NCBI GenBank assembly: GCA_037445065.1 | Contig: JBBILD010000002.1 | Coordinates: 184,074-248,073 of the forward strand | DNA: 64,000 nucleotides | Direction: 5' to 3' | From: Myxococcales bacterium | GTDB taxonomy: Bacteria > Desulfobacterota > Binatia > HRBIN30 | Shown: positions 45,672-57,748 of the stretch, piece by piece | Numbering within the stretch: the first letter of the stretch is position 1 | How the letters are laid out: each line of letters opens with the position of its first letter | The notes under the pieces: model-generated | Told to the model about the DNA's origin: nothing | Database searches by the model: none | The model's input: the letters and a program-made list of their open reading frames with translations, nothing else | Program-made: the position numbers and the translations under genes

Positions 45672-48600
45672 TGGAAAAAAACCGATCCCTCCCCGAGGAG
45701 CTGCTCGATCTCGCTCACCAGTTGTTCATTCGCCGCAACGCTCAACGACGGGGGCAAAGCCAGCACGGCTTCCCAACCATCCGGAGCCAGGACATGGAGA
45801 AAGGCCGTGCACGTACCACGATGGCGGGCGAGCGTATCTTTGAGCCGCTCTAAGTGTTCGCGCTGCACCCTCCCTGCGCGCACTGCGAGGTGCAGTTGCC
45901 GGGCATTGCGTTCCCTCACGTCAATCAGGCGGGTCACAGCGTCGGCAAAAATCTGGCAGCGTTCTTCGTCAACCTCAAGGGTCCCTTCGACCAAAACGGG
46001 CTCATCCCCATGAATCGCGCTCTCCGATTTCCGGTATGCCTCAGGCCACGCGATGACTTCGACGGTCCCCGAGCGATCCTCCAGTACGAAGCTCGCATAC
46101 CGTTCGCCCTTTTTTGTGTTGCGCGTTTTGACTGCCTGAATCACCCCACCCACCCGCACTTTGGAGGAATTGGCTTTAGCCCCAAGCTGGCCAATGGGGC
46201 CATCTGCCCACCGGCGCAAGTCGGCCTCCCACCGATCGAGAGGGTGACCGGTAATAAAAAAGCCAAGAGTTTCTCGCTCATAACGGAGCCGCTCTTTGGC
46301 TTCCCACTCTGGAACTTCGGTCAACTCTGGAGGGGTGTTCGCCGCTTGCAGCACCTCGGCCCCAAACAGCGACCCTTGCGCTGCCGCGGCCGGGTCGCTG
46401 GCGATCGCCGCCCACCGTAACACGGTGTCGAGATTTTCCACTAAACGCCGGCGTGGCTGCCCGGTAAAATCGAACGCGCCGCACTTGATGAGATTTTCGA
46501 TGACCCGCTTGTTGACCTGTTGCAGGTTGACCCGACTGCAGAAATCAGCGAGCGAAGTGAAAGGACCATCTGCGCGCGCCGCCAGGATCGCTTCGATGGC
46601 TTTGGTTCCCACCCCCTTCACGGCGCCGAGCCCAAAGCGAATTCGTTGGCGCTCGCCGGGAGCATCTGGCGCCAACACCGTGAAATCCAGCATGCTTTCG
46701 TTCACGTCGGGAGGCAAAACAGGAATTTGCCGGTCGCGGCATTCAGCAATATTTTTGAAGGTCTTCTCAGTACTATCCATTTCCAAGGTGAGGAGGGCAG
46801 CCAGGAACTCCTCGGTGTAATGGACCTTTAGGTACGCGGTCTGATACGACACTAACGCATACGCGGCCGAATGGGACTTGTTGAAGCCGTAGGCTGCAAA
46901 CGTCTCCATTTGTTCGAAGATTTCGCGTGCCAATGGCTGACTTACGCCGCGTGCGGTTGCCCCGTCGATGAAGCGTTGCTTTTCGCGCTCCATCTCATCC
47001 TTTTTCTTCTTGCCCATTGCCCGGCGTAAATTGTCGGCGTCACCTAGGCTGTAGCCGGCGAGCACTTGGGCGATTTGCATGACTTGCTCTTGGTACAAGA
47101 TGACACCGTAGGTCTCGCGTAGAATGGGCTCCAGGGCTGGGTGCAGATAGCGGATCGGTACTTCACCGTGCTTCCGCTTGATAAACTCCTCGACCATCCC
47201 CGAGTCCAAGGGGCCCGGGCGGAAGAGCGCGAGGACGGCAATCAGGTCTTCGAACACGCTCGGGCGCAGCGAGGTTACCAGCTTGCGCATGCCACTACCC
47301 TCGAGCTGGAACACACCGGTCGTGTCTCCCCGTGCAATGAGCTGGTAGGTCTCGCTGTCGTCAAGCGGTAGGTTGTCTAAATCGAGCCGGATCCCGCGAC
47401 TTCGCTCCACGCGTTCGATCGTTTTGGCGATGAGGGTGAGCGTCTTGAGGCCGAGGAAGTCGAACTTGATGAGCCCGATCGCGTCCACGTCCCCGTACGG
47501 GTACTGGGTCATGACCGTGCCGTCTTTGTCAACGAACAGGGGAAGGGTTTCCATCAGCGGCCGATCACCGATGACGATCCCAGCGGCGTGTTTGGAGGCA
47601 TGACGGAGCAAACCCTCGAGCCGCAACGCATAGTCGAACAGGAGTTTTTCCCGCTCGCCCCGCTCGCGAATCTCTCGCAGTCGCGGCTCCATTTCGAGAG
47701 CCACGGCGAGCGGAAAATCTTTGCCTTGTTTGGGAGCTGGGTAGAGCTTGGCGATCCGGTCGGTCTCGGCAAAGCTGAAGTCCAACGCTCGCCCCACGTC
47801 TTTGATGGCTTGTTTTCCCTTGAGCGTACCGAAGGTAATGATCTGAGCGACGCAATCCTCCCCGTACTTGTTGCGCACGTAGCGGATAACCTCGTCCCGC
47901 CGCTCGAAGCAAAAGTCCATGTCAATGTCGGGCATGGACTTCCGCTCTGGGTTCAAGAAGCGTTCAAAGAGCAGGTTGTACGGAATCGGATCGATCTCGG
48001 TAATACCGAGCGCGTAAGCCACGAGGCTGCCTGCAGCGGAACCTCGCCCGGGGCCAACGGGAATGCCCGACTGTTTGGCGTAGCGCGTAAAGTCCGCCAC
48101 GATCAGGAAGTACCCGGAGAAGCCCATGCTCTGAATAATCCGCAGCTCTTCCTCCAAGCGCGCACGGTATCGTTCCTCTTGTTCGCTGTTCCAGTTCGGG
48201 CGGGCTCGCAAGCGCGCGAACCGCTTCTCCAGTCCCTCTGTTGCGAGGCGCTCCAAGTACCCATCCAGGCTCTCGCCGTTCGGGGTGTGAAAGACCGGGA
48301 ACTGATAACGCCCGAACTTCATCTCGAACTGGCAGCGGCGGGCGACCTCCAAGGTGTTGCTGATGGCTTCTGGGCAATGGGCGAAAGCGCGAGCCATTTC
48401 TTCCGGCGTTTTCACGTACAACTGATCCGTCTCGAACCGCCACCGGCGCCCGTCGCTGAGGGTTTTCCCGGTCTGGATACACAAGAGAACTTCATGCGCG
48501 GCAGCGTCGTCTTTAGACAGGTAGTGGCAGTCGTTGGTGGCCACCACAGGTAACGATAGCTCTTTGGCTAACCTCAGAAGTTCCTCGTTGGCTCGCTCTT

Positions 48601-49153
48601 GTTGGGGCAACCGGTTGTCTTGTACCTCGATGTAATAGCGGCCGTCGAAGATCGCCCGGTACTCCTCCATCACCGCCCGCGCGCGGTCAATCGAGCCGCT
48701 CGCAATCGCTTGGTTGACCTCGCTCGCCAGGCAACCAGAGAGAGCGATCAGACCCCGATTGTATTCGCGCAGCAGTTCTTTGTCGATTCTAGGCTTGTAA
48801 TAAAAGCCTTCCTTGTAGCTTAGGGAGACCAACCGGCAGAGATTCCGGTACCCCTCCTCGTTCATGACCAGCAGGATGAGGTGATAATTCCCGCCTGATT
48901 CATAATCGTCCGCCTTGCCACCTTTTTCCGAGCGGTGACGCGGAGCCACGTAGACTTCGCAGCCAATGATGGGCTGCACGCCTGCTTGGCTGGCGCGGCG
49001 ATAAAACTCCACGGCGCCGAACAGGTTCCCGTGATCGGTCATGGCAAGTGCCGGCATGCCGGCACTTTTTACCTTGGCAACGAGATCCGGAATTTTGTTT
49101 GCGCCATCCAACAACGAGTATTGTGTGTGAACATGCAGGTGAACAAAACTCAT
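45668..49153 (-). CDS. dnaE: DNA polymerase III alpha subunit
   Basis: FVHLHVHTQYSLLDG, TDHGN, GPGRGSAAGS, FERFLNPERKSMPDIDMD, YGFNKSHS. Confidence 0.98.
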   Translation of the reverse strand: MSFVHLHVHTQYSLLDGANKIPDLVAKVKSAGMPALAMTDHGNLFGAVEFYRRASQAGVQPIIGCEVYVAPRHRSEKGGKADDYESGGNYHLILLVMNEEGYRNLCRLVSLSYKEGFYYKPRIDKELLREYNRGLIALSGCLASEVNQAIASGSIDRARAVMEEYRAIFDGRYYIEVQDNRLPQQERANEELLRLAKELSLPVVATNDCHYLSKDDAAAHEVLLCIQTGKTLSDGRRWRFETDQLYVKTPEEMARAFAHCPEAISNTLEVARRCQFEMKFGRYQFPVFHTPNGESLDGYLERLATEGLEKRFARLRARPNWNSEQEERYRARLEEELRIIQSMGFSGYFLIVADFTRYAKQSGIPVGPGRGSAAGSLVAYALGITEIDPIPYNLLFERFLNPERKSMPDIDMDFCFERRDEVIRYVRNKYGEDCVAQIITFGTLKGKQAIKDVGRALDFSFAETDRIAKLYPAPKQGKDFPLAVALEMEPRLREIRERGEREKLLFDYALRLEGLLRHASKHAAGIVIGDRPLMETLPLFVDKDGTVMTQYPYGDVDAIGLIKFDFLGLKTLTLIAKTIERVERSRGIRLDLDNLPLDDSETYQLIARGDTTGVFQLEGSGMRKLVTSLRPSVFEDLIAVLALFRPGPLDSGMVEEFIKRKHGEVPIRYLHPALEPILRETYGVILYQEQVMQIAQVLAGYSLGDADNLRRAMGKKKKDEMEREKQRFIDGATARGVSQPLAREIFEQMETFAAYGFNKSHSAAYALVSYQTAYLKVHYTEEFLAALLTLEMDSTEKTFKNIAECRDRQIPVLPPDVNESMLDFTVLAPDAPGERQRIRFGLGAVKGVGTKAIEAILAARADGPFTSLADFCSRVNLQQVNKRVIENLIKCGAFDFTGQPRRRLVENLDTVLRWAAIASDPAAAAQGSLFGAEVLQAANTPPELTEVPEWEAKERLRYERETLGFFITGHPLDRWEADLRRWADGPIGQLGAKANSSKVRVGGVIQAVKTRNTKKGERYASFVLEDRSGTVEVIAWPEAYRKSESAIHGDEPVLVEGTLEVDEERCQIFADAVTRLIDVRERNARQLHLAVRAGRVQREHLERLKDTLARHRGTCTAFLHVLAPDGWEAVLALPPSLSVAANEQLVSEIEQLLGEGSVFFQ

Positions 49154-49175
49154 GTTCGTCCCCGCTGTGCGAAGT

Positions 49176-50705
49176 TCACTCCCACTCGATCGTAGCGGGA
49201 GGTTTCGAGGAAATATCGTACACCACCCGATTGACCCCGTTTACCTCGTTGATCAAGCGGGTGGAGAGTTGTGCGAGCAAATCATAGGGTAGTCTGGCCC
49301 AATCGGCGGTCATTCCGTCAACACTTTCCACTGCCCGGATCGCCAAGACGTTCTCGTACGTGCGAGCGTCGCCCATTACCCCCACCGTGCGCACTGGAAG
49401 CAGTACCGCAAACGCTTGCCAAAGGCGCTCGTACCAGCCCGCCTTGCGCACTTCCTGCTCGACGATGGCTTCAGCCGCCTGCAGGATTGCGACTCTTTCT
49501 CGTGTCACCTCACCGAGAATTCGGATTGCGAGGCCGGGCCCGGGAAACGGGTGGCGGTGGATGATCCGTTCCGGGATCCCCAGCACGCCTCCGAGCTCAC
49601 GCACTTCGTCCTTGAACAACTCCCGCAACGGTTCGACGAGTTCCAGGTTCATGCGTTCCGGTAGGCCGCCCACGTTATGGTGACTTTTGATGGTGGCCGA
49701 CGGGCCTTTGAACGACACAGACTCGATCACGTCTGGGTAGAGCGTGCCCTGAGCGAGAAACCGTACCCCCTGCAGGGCCCGCGCTTCTCGTTCGAAAACC
49801 TCGATGAAGGTGTTCCCGATGATTCGCCGTTTTTGCTCCGGGTCTTCCACTCCAGCCAGACGGCGCAGGAACAATTCACTGGCGTCTACCTTCCGGATGC
49901 GGAAGTGAAACGACTCGGTGAGAAACGACATCACCTGCTCGGCCTCGTCGCGGCGAAGAACGCCGTTGTCCACAAAAATGCATGTGAGTTGATCGCCAAC
50001 CGCGCGGTGTACCAAGGCGGCTGTCACCGTTGAATCCACCCCGCCGCTGAGTGCGCAGACTACGCCCGCTGAACCGATCCGCTGGCGTAGCCGTTCGGTT
50101 TCACGCTCTACAAAACTCTCCATCGTCCATTCGGGCCGGGCGCCGCAAATCCTGAGGGCGAAATTGCCTAAAATCGTACGCCCTTCTTCCGTGTGAGCTA
50201 CCTCCGGATGAAACTGCACACCGAAAAAGGTTCGGCTCGGGTCGCACATCGCCGCGACGGGTGAGTTGGTGCTGTGCGCCAACACGTGCCAGCCGGCCGG
50301 CTTCTGCTCGATGCGGTCGCCGTGGCTCATCCACACGCGTAAGGCTCGCCCCCCGAGGCCGTGAAACAAGTCGCGGTCGTCATCAATGTAGAGTTCGGAG
50401 GGACCGTACTCGCGCCGCGCTGCGCGGCTTACTTCGCCCCCGAACTGCCGCGCGAGCACACCTAGGCCGTAACAAATCCCGAGCACAGGGACGCCCAGGG
50501 AAAAGACTCCCGGGTCTGGCCACGGTGCACCTTCTTCGTACACACTGGCCGGGCTCCCCGAGAGAACGATCCCCCTTGGCTGCAACCGGCGGATCTCTGG
50601 CAGAGGTAAGGAAAACGGCTGGATTTCACTGTACACATGCAGCTCGCGGATGCGGCGCGCGATCAACTGCGTGTATTGGCTGCCGAAGTCGAGGATTAGA
50701 ATCAT
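49176..50705 (-). CDS. guaA: GMP synthase (glutamine-hydrolysing)
   Basis: [50 protein letters not shown]. Alternative GTG start at 50759 overlaps the guaB stop. Confidence 0.98.
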   Translation of the reverse strand: MILILDFGSQYTQLIARRIRELHVYSEIQPFSLPLPEIRRLQPRGIVLSGSPASVYEEGAPWPDPGVFSLGVPVLGICYGLGVLARQFGGEVSRAARREYGPSELYIDDDRDLFHGLGGRALRVWMSHGDRIEQKPAGWHVLAHSTNSPVAAMCDPSRTFFGVQFHPEVAHTEEGRTILGNFALRICGARPEWTMESFVERETERLRQRIGSAGVVCALSGGVDSTVTAALVHRAVGDQLTCIFVDNGVLRRDEAEQVMSFLTESFHFRIRKVDASELFLRRLAGVEDPEQKRRIIGNTFIEVFEREARALQGVRFLAQGTLYPDVIESVSFKGPSATIKSHHNVGGLPERMNLELVEPLRELFKDEVRELGGVLGIPERIIHRHPFPGPGLAIRILGEVTRERVAILQAAEAIVEQEVRKAGWYERLWQAFAVLLPVRTVGVMGDARTYENVLAIRAVESVDGMTADWARLPYDLLAQLSTRLINEVNGVNRVVYDISSKPPATIEWE

Positions 50706-50755
50706 GGCCTCATGCTTCCCCGCCCTGCCGAAGCTCGCCTGCCGAAATCCACGAC

Positions 50756-52237
<1,482 letters not shown>

Positions 52238-52417
52238 TCATCGCTCCAGGGCCAGAAACGAACCGAGCCCACCGCTCTCGTCGAACGATGGGCTCAGCAC
52301 TGCAATCGAATCGTCAGCCATGCAACTAGGTACCAAAACGCGTGTGCCGGCTGCAAGATGGCAAGCCGCGGCGGGGCCGAGCTTGCCCATCCGCCACGGT
52401 CCACGTAGCCTTGCCCC

Positions 52418-52936
52418 ATGATCATCCCGTTTGCAGACAAACAGCCGGAGGTTCATCCCACGGTGTATGTGCAGGAGACCGCGCAAATCATTGGCGACGT
52501 CCGGATTGGCGCGTACAGCAGCGTGTGGTTCCAGGCGGTGATTCGCGGTGACGTACACTTCATCCGGATCGGCGAACGGACGAATGTGCAAGATGGCACA
52601 ATCATTCACGTCACCACCGACCGCTGGCCGACGTATGTTGGGAATCAGGTGACCGTTGGCCATCGTGCCGTCTTACATGGATGCCGCGTGGGGGACCGCT
52701 GCTTGATCGGTATCGGGGCGATCGTGATGGACGGTGTGGAGATCGGGGAGGAGTGTTTGATCGGGGCCGGGACGCTGCTCCCGCCCCGCACCTCTGTGCC
52801 TCCGGGCTCGCTCGTGCTCGGCTCGCCCGGGAAGGTGGTTCGCCCACTGACAGCCGCAGAGCGGGAGCAGCTAGTGGAGAGCGCCGAACACTATGTTCGC
52901 CATGCCCAGCGGTACCGCCAGCTCGGCATTCGCTGA
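52418..52936 (+). CDS. Gamma carbonic anhydrase family protein
   Basis: IIGDV.IG, IRGD, TNVQDG..IH, VTVGH.A.LHGC hexapeptide repeats. Confidence 0.93.
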   Translation: MIIPFADKQPEVHPTVYVQETAQIIGDVRIGAYSSVWFQAVIRGDVHFIRIGERTNVQDGTIIHVTTDRWPTYVGNQVTVGHRAVLHGCRVGDRCLIGIGAIVMDGVEIGEECLIGAGTLLPPRTSVPPGSLVLGSPGKVVRPLTAAEREQLVESAEHYVRHAQRYRQLGIR

Positions 52937-52958
52937 CGGCTGATCTGGCGTTGGGGTT

Positions 52959-54362
52959 TTAGCCGCGCCGGGTGACGGCTGTTCGCTGCGCTCTGTTTTC
53001 CTTTGTGCGTGCCCGGAACTGAAGAACAATAGGGATCCCTGCCCAGCGGAAGCGGCTGCGCAAGATGGAGGATAGGTAGCGTTCGTAGCTGGCCGGGATT
53101 GCTTCCGGTTGGTTTGTGAAGACAGAGATCCTGGGTGGTTGGGTACCCACCTGAACGGCGTAATACAACTTCACCGGCTTGCCCCGATAAGCTGGCGGCG
53201 CGTTCTTCTGTACCGCTTCTCGCAAACACACGTTCAACTCATGGGTGGGCGCCCGGAAAAGAAACCGAGCGTAGACTTTCTGAACGAGCGGGAACAAGGC
53301 ACCGATGCCATCCCCCGTCTGTGCTGACAGAAACACGCGCGGCACCTCGGCCAAAAACGGGTACTCGGCATGAAGGCGCTCCTCGAAGTAGCGCAAATCC
53401 CTGACACTGGGAGCAACGGCATCCCATTTGTTGAACACGAGAACAAGCGCTCGCTCTGCCTCCCAGGTGTAGCGGGCAAGCCGCGCGTCCTGGTCGGTCA
53501 CTCCCTCCACCGCATCCACCACGAGCAAAGCGATCTGTGCCCTTTGCAAGGCTTGCAGGGCGCGCACAACGCTCGCGCGCTCCAGGATCTCGCGTACCCG
53601 GGAGCGCCGCCGCACTCCGGCTGTATCAATGAGCAGGTACGGACGGCCCCCGACGACCAGCGGTGTATCAATGCTATCTCGCGTCGTACCTGGCGTGGCA
53701 TCCACGATCGCCCGCTGATAGCCGACCAGCCGATTCACAAGAGACGACTTCCCGACATTCGGCCGGCCGATGATCGCGAGCCGAATCGCACCATTGTCGA
53801 ATTCGGAGGCGACCTGCTCGGCCCCGCCGGCTTCTTCCCTAGGCAGCAGTTCGAGGACCGTGTCCATTAGCTCTGGCACACCCCGCCCGTGCGCTGCGGA
53901 AATTGGGAAGACACGCTCCAACCCGAGTCGGAAAAACTCGGCCGCACGCAGCTCCAGGGCTTCAGTGTCCAATTTGTTTACGGCAAAGACCACTGGCTTC
54001 GGGAAGCGGCGTAGGCGGGCGACCAGGTCGGCATCCAATGGGTTCAGCCCCTCCCGCCCGTCGAACAAAGCGATCACCACGTCAGCCTCGCTCGCCGCTA
54101 GCCAGGTTTGCTCTTGAACACGGCGCAACACCTCCGTGTCCTCCCGATCGGTTACCCCACCGGTGTCGATGAGGAGGAAGCGCCGTTCCCGATAGGAAAG
54201 TACAGCGATATTGAGATCGCGGGTCACTCCGGGTTGCTCGTCCACGATCGCTTTTCGCTGCCCGAGTAAACGGTTGAACAGCGTGGACTTGCCGGCGTTT
54301 GGCCGCCCCACCAAAGCAACCACCGGGAGTCGTGCGCCGAGAAATTCAGTGACTCGTGCCAT
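52959..54362 (-). CDS. der: Ribosome biogenesis GTPase Der
   Basis: Two G domains: GRPNAGKST/PGVTRD/DTGG/NKLD and GRPNVGKSS/PGTTRD/DTAG/NKWD. Confidence 0.97.
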   Translation of the reverse strand: MARVTEFLGARLPVVALVGRPNAGKSTLFNRLLGQRKAIVDEQPGVTRDLNIAVLSYRERRFLLIDTGGVTDREDTEVLRRVQEQTWLAASEADVVIALFDGREGLNPLDADLVARLRRFPKPVVFAVNKLDTEALELRAAEFFRLGLERVFPISAAHGRGVPELMDTVLELLPREEAGGAEQVASEFDNGAIRLAIIGRPNVGKSSLVNRLVGYQRAIVDATPGTTRDSIDTPLVVGGRPYLLIDTAGVRRRSRVREILERASVVRALQALQRAQIALLVVDAVEGVTDQDARLARYTWEAERALVLVFNKWDAVAPSVRDLRYFEERLHAEYPFLAEVPRVFLSAQTGDGIGALFPLVQKVYARFLFRAPTHELNVCLREAVQKNAPPAYRGKPVKLYYAVQVGTQPPRISVFTNQPEAIPASYERYLSSILRSRFRWAGIPIVLQFRARTKENRAQRTAVTRRG

Positions 54363-54417
54363 GATGAATGCCGGGAGGCTGGTGAGTCCCCGTTTCAGGA
54401 TGGTGAGAGGAGGTTGC

Positions 54418-56700
54418 CTAACCGTCGTCGCGGCCGGCAGCAAGGCGCTGCGAACCGGCGTCCTCACCTGTTTCAGTGGTTTCGAGCCTGTCTACCTCTG
54501 AAGCCCCCGTTCCGACCGGGATCCAGACTGTGAACGTAGATCCTTGTCCCACTTGGCTTTCCACAGAGACCCGCCCGCCGAGCAGTTCCACGAGCCGGCG
54601 CACAATGTAGAGGCCAAGCCCGACCCCGCCGTGCCTCCGGGTTGAAGACGAGTCGACCTGCCAAAACGGTTCAAAGATGGCTTCACGGGCATTCGCGGGA
54701 ATTCCCACGCCCGTGTCTCTCACGGAAAACGCAACGCCGTCCCTTCTCGCCTCTACACGCACAACCACCTCGCCGCGGTCGGTAAACTTCATCGCATTTT
54801 GAATCAGGTTTTTGAGCACGACCGCTAGTTTGATCGGGTCCGAGAAGACAACTGGCAAAGGTTCCTGTGACTCGAAGCGGAGTTGCACCTCGGGCTTCGT
54901 CCACAGCCGTTGGGAGTCGTGTTCGATCTGTCCGAGCAGAACCCGCAGGTCAATCGGTCTCGCCGCGACAGGCACCTGCCGTGCTTCGAGACGGCTGAAA
55001 TCCAAGGTCATCGTGACCAGGTCGAGGAGCTGTTGGGCACTGAGTTGCAAGCGCTCGAGGACGTCGCGTTGCTCGGCCGACAATTCCCCGAAGGACCCAT
55101 CCAGGAGCAAGGCACTGTAGCCGAGGATGACGTTGAGGGGCGTGCGCAGCTCGTGCGACATGGTGGCGACAAATTCTGACTTCACCCGGCTCGCTTCCTC
55201 GAGTTCTTCCACCAGGCGCGCATTTGAAAAAGCCAGGCTGGCGAGGTGAGCCAGGTTCACGGCAATGCGCTCTGCCACTTCACCAAATCCGTCTTTCTTC
55301 CGCAGAAATCCACAGGACAGAACCGCAGCCAACTGACCTCTGTAGCGAATGCTGAGGTGTAAGATCTCCGTCATGTGGAAGCGGCGCGCCAACACGTACC
55401 AGGGATGGTTGCCCCGTTCCGGCACGATCAGTTTGAAGGTTGGCTTCTCTTGGAGCGCCAGCCAGAGGGCCTCCACCTCTTGCGTGGTGGGAGCGAACAT
55501 GCGGACCGACTCCCAGCTCTCCGCATCCAATCCGACTTGCAGCAATGGACAAAAGCGCTGCTCTTGCTCGTGGAAGGTATAGGCGATGGCAAAGTCGCTG
55601 CGTAGGATTTCCCGACTGAGTTCAGCCATGGTCCCGAGCAGGTCCTTCACGCTGTGGGTGGCGAGAATCGCTTCTGCAGCGCGAGAAGTGGCTTCGCTGA
55701 CCTCGAGTTCCCGTTGCTGGAATTCGGCCGCTTTTTTTTGGGAGGATATATTCCACGTGAGTCCGACCACACCAGCTATCCCCCCGCGCGCGTCCCGCCA
55801 GGGTTGGACATGGGCGGCAAAGTACTCGCCCGCGAGTTCGTACTCGTACCCTCCTTCCTTCCCTGTCAGTGCTTCCAGGTGAGCGCGCAGGGGCGGAAAG
55901 TTCGGGTCGTTCGACGGCAAGGTTTCGCCAATGCGGCGGCCGACCATGCTCGCGGAGCGCGGGAAAGAGGAGCCAGCGAGAACGAACTGGATTCGCAGTT
56001 CGTCGTCTGTGACCCACAGAGCTACCGGCAGCCGGTCGAGCATCAAGTGAAGATACCTCTCGGCCTGCGCTAGCCGAGCCCCATGCAGATACGCTTGGTA
56101 TCGGGTGCGGTCTGCCAACACGGCGCCTGCCATGGCGAACACACAGGCGACTGCAGGACCCGCGACTTGGTGAACGACAGCGTCAGGATCGAGCGTTCGC
56201 GCTCCAAGGGCTAAAGTCAGGTAATAAGCCCCCAGGGTCACGATGCTGGAAACCATCTGCAGCCACGGCGACCATGGGAAAAACACAGCCGTGGCGATCA
56301 TTTTGAGCGACAGGATCAACGCTGCACCGGACACGGTTGTGCTCGGCAGTAGGAACTGGCTGATGAGCACCCCGGTGAAGAGCAGGTCGCCGAATAACAA
56401 GATGATCGGTGCGCGCTGAGCCGGCAGTCGGCGTCCAGCAATGAGGACGACAAGCGGAATCGAGATTTCCGCGACGTACAGGGGAAGCGATTCGTAAAAG
56501 ACCCAACGGCGAATTGCGAACTCGATCGCTCCGTACAAAACCACCGCGCCGACCACGATCCACACCGCGGCAGGAATCGCTCGCGCTGCCAGGTCACCGC
56601 GATGGCCGCCGTAGTCCTCAGCCCGGAAGAGTGACCCGTCGGAACTGTCTACTCCGGCGGTTTTGAACGCCTTTCCGACCCTTTCGATGATGTTTGCCAC
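54418..56700 (-). CDS. Membrane sensor histidine kinase (TM region, PAS, GAF, HisKA, HATPase)
   Basis: Several N-terminal TM helices, PAS-like and GAF-like segments, [33 protein letters not shown]. Confidence 0.93.
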   Translation of the reverse strand: MANIIERVGKAFKTAGVDSSDGSLFRAEDYGGHRGDLAARAIPAAVWIVVGAVVLYGAIEFAIRRWVFYESLPLYVAEISIPLVVLIAGRRLPAQRAPIILLFGDLLFTGVLISQFLLPSTTVSGAALILSLKMIATAVFFPWSPWLQMVSSIVTLGAYYLTLALGARTLDPDAVVHQVAGPAVACVFAMAGAVLADRTRYQAYLHGARLAQAERYLHLMLDRLPVALWVTDDELRIQFVLAGSSFPRSASMVGRRIGETLPSNDPNFPPLRAHLEALTGKEGGYEYELAGEYFAAHVQPWRDARGGIAGVVGLTWNISSQKKAAEFQQRELEVSEATSRAAEAILATHSVKDLLGTMAELSREILRSDFAIAYTFHEQEQRFCPLLQVGLDAESWESVRMFAPTTQEVEALWLALQEKPTFKLIVPERGNHPWYVLARRFHMTEILHLSIRYRGQLAAVLSCGFLRKKDGFGEVAERIAVNLAHLASLAFSNARLVEELEEASRVKSEFVATMSHELRTPLNVILGYSALLLDGSFGELSAEQRDVLERLQLSAQQLLDLVTMTLDFSRLEARQVPVAARPIDLRVLLGQIEHDSQRLWTKPEVQLRFESQEPLPVVFSDPIKLAVVLKNLIQNAMKFTDRGEVVVRVEARRDGVAFSVRDTGVGIPANAREAIFEPFWQVDSSSTRRHGGVGLGLYIVRRLVELLGGRVSVESQVGQGSTFTVWIPVGTGASEVDRLETTETGEDAGSQRLAAGRDDG

Positions 56701-56712
56701 CTTTTGCCACGC

Positions 56713-57516
56713 TTACCGTGCCTGCCACCGGGGTGGGCGCTTTTCGACAAACGCTCGCGGCCCTTCTTTGTGATCCTCTGACTGCTCGACAATCTCCAGA
56801 TACCCGGCCGCGATTTCTTCGGCTTGGGGAATCGGCAAGCCAAGCCCTTGGAGGATCGCCATCTTCGTTCCCCAAACGGCCAGGGGCGCATTGGATAAAA
56901 TCATCTCAGCGAGTTCGCGTGCCCTCGGTAGCAAGTGCTCGTGCGGAACGACTTCGGTCACTAGGCCAACTTCGTAGGCGCGCTGCGCGCTCATACGCTC
57001 GCGGCTGCCGAGCAGAGCCATGCGCAGGCAGACCGCCAGTGGAACGCGGCGCGCCATATTTACCATTTCGTGTGACGACACGTAACCGATGGATACGTGC
57101 GGGTCCACGAAATACGCCCGCTCCGAGGCAATGGGAATGTCGGCCTCGGTGACCAGGTCGAGCGAAAAGCCGGCGACCACACCATTGACAGCCGCGATCA
57201 CTGGCTTGTGAACCCGCAGACGGCGCGGCGTGGGCAGGTCCACGATTCCCTCGATCATGGCGAGTTCCCTCCAGCGATCCGGCTTCACGAAGCCGCCGCT
57301 CGCGAGGGACTCGACGTCCGCCCCGCTCGAGAACGCTTCCCCTGCACCCGTGACGATGGCGACCCAAATATCCGGGTCGTTTTTGACCCGGCGCCAGCAC
57401 TCGCGTAGTTCGTCCTTGAGCTGCTGGTTCATGGCGTTTTTCCGCTCCGGGCGATTGAGCGTGATGGTGGCGATCTTGTCGGTGACCTCGAACAAAACTG
57501 TCTGGAACTCTTCCAT
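56713..57516 (-). CDS. Enoyl-CoA hydratase/isomerase family protein
   Basis: ITLNRPERKNA, AFSSGAD, KPVIAAVNG, EGPRAFVEKRPPRW. ATG at 57516 follows GGGAG. Confidence 0.92.
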   Translation of the reverse strand: MEEFQTVLFEVTDKIATITLNRPERKNAMNQQLKDELRECWRRVKNDPDIWVAIVTGAGEAFSSGADVESLASGGFVKPDRWRELAMIEGIVDLPTPRRLRVHKPVIAAVNGVVAGFSLDLVTEADIPIASERAYFVDPHVSIGYVSSHEMVNMARRVPLAVCLRMALLGSRERMSAQRAYEVGLVTEVVPHEHLLPRARELAEMILSNAPLAVWGTKMAILQGLGLPIPQAEEIAAGYLEIVEQSEDHKEGPRAFVEKRPPRWQAR

Positions 57517-57642
57517 CTTGGTGACTCCCCTTGGATCCGCTCCCGCAGGCTTCATAAACAAGCACCCGACAGAAAAAAAGCGACCGTTCGTTGACGCCTA
57601 GCGCTTCCCATCGGTACGGCAATTCATTAAAAGCCAGCAACC

Positions 57643-57693
57643 ATGAGTTCCGAAGGCCCAGGCAGTTCCGTCCCATTACCTAGGATCCAGTAA
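57643..57693 (+). promoter_or_regulatory. Candidate Pro-rich leader peptide uORF (MgtL-like) upstream of mgtE
   Basis: ATG AGT TCC GAA GGC CCA GGC AGT TCC GTC CCA TTA CCT AGG ATC CAG TAA = MSSEGPGSSVPLPRIQ. Followed by an 11-bp hairpin (57696-57706/57722-57732) next to the mgtE SD. Confidence 0.45.
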
Positions 57694-57748
57694 CGCCGCC
57701 TTGCGCTGGTCGCACCTCGCCGCGCAGGGCGGAGCGGGAGGTGTGACC

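Noticed and set aside
45668..49153. Intein or split in dnaE
   Set aside because: Length (1161 aa) and motif order are normal, with no intein-like insertion seen.
57591..57625. Sigma70 promoter for mgtE (TTGACG at 57591)
   Set aside because: There is no convincing -10 hexamer at 16-18 nt spacing.
57520..57748. M-box (ykoK) riboswitch upstream of mgtE
   Set aside because: I could not find the M-box consensus. The uORF plus hairpin explains the leader better.
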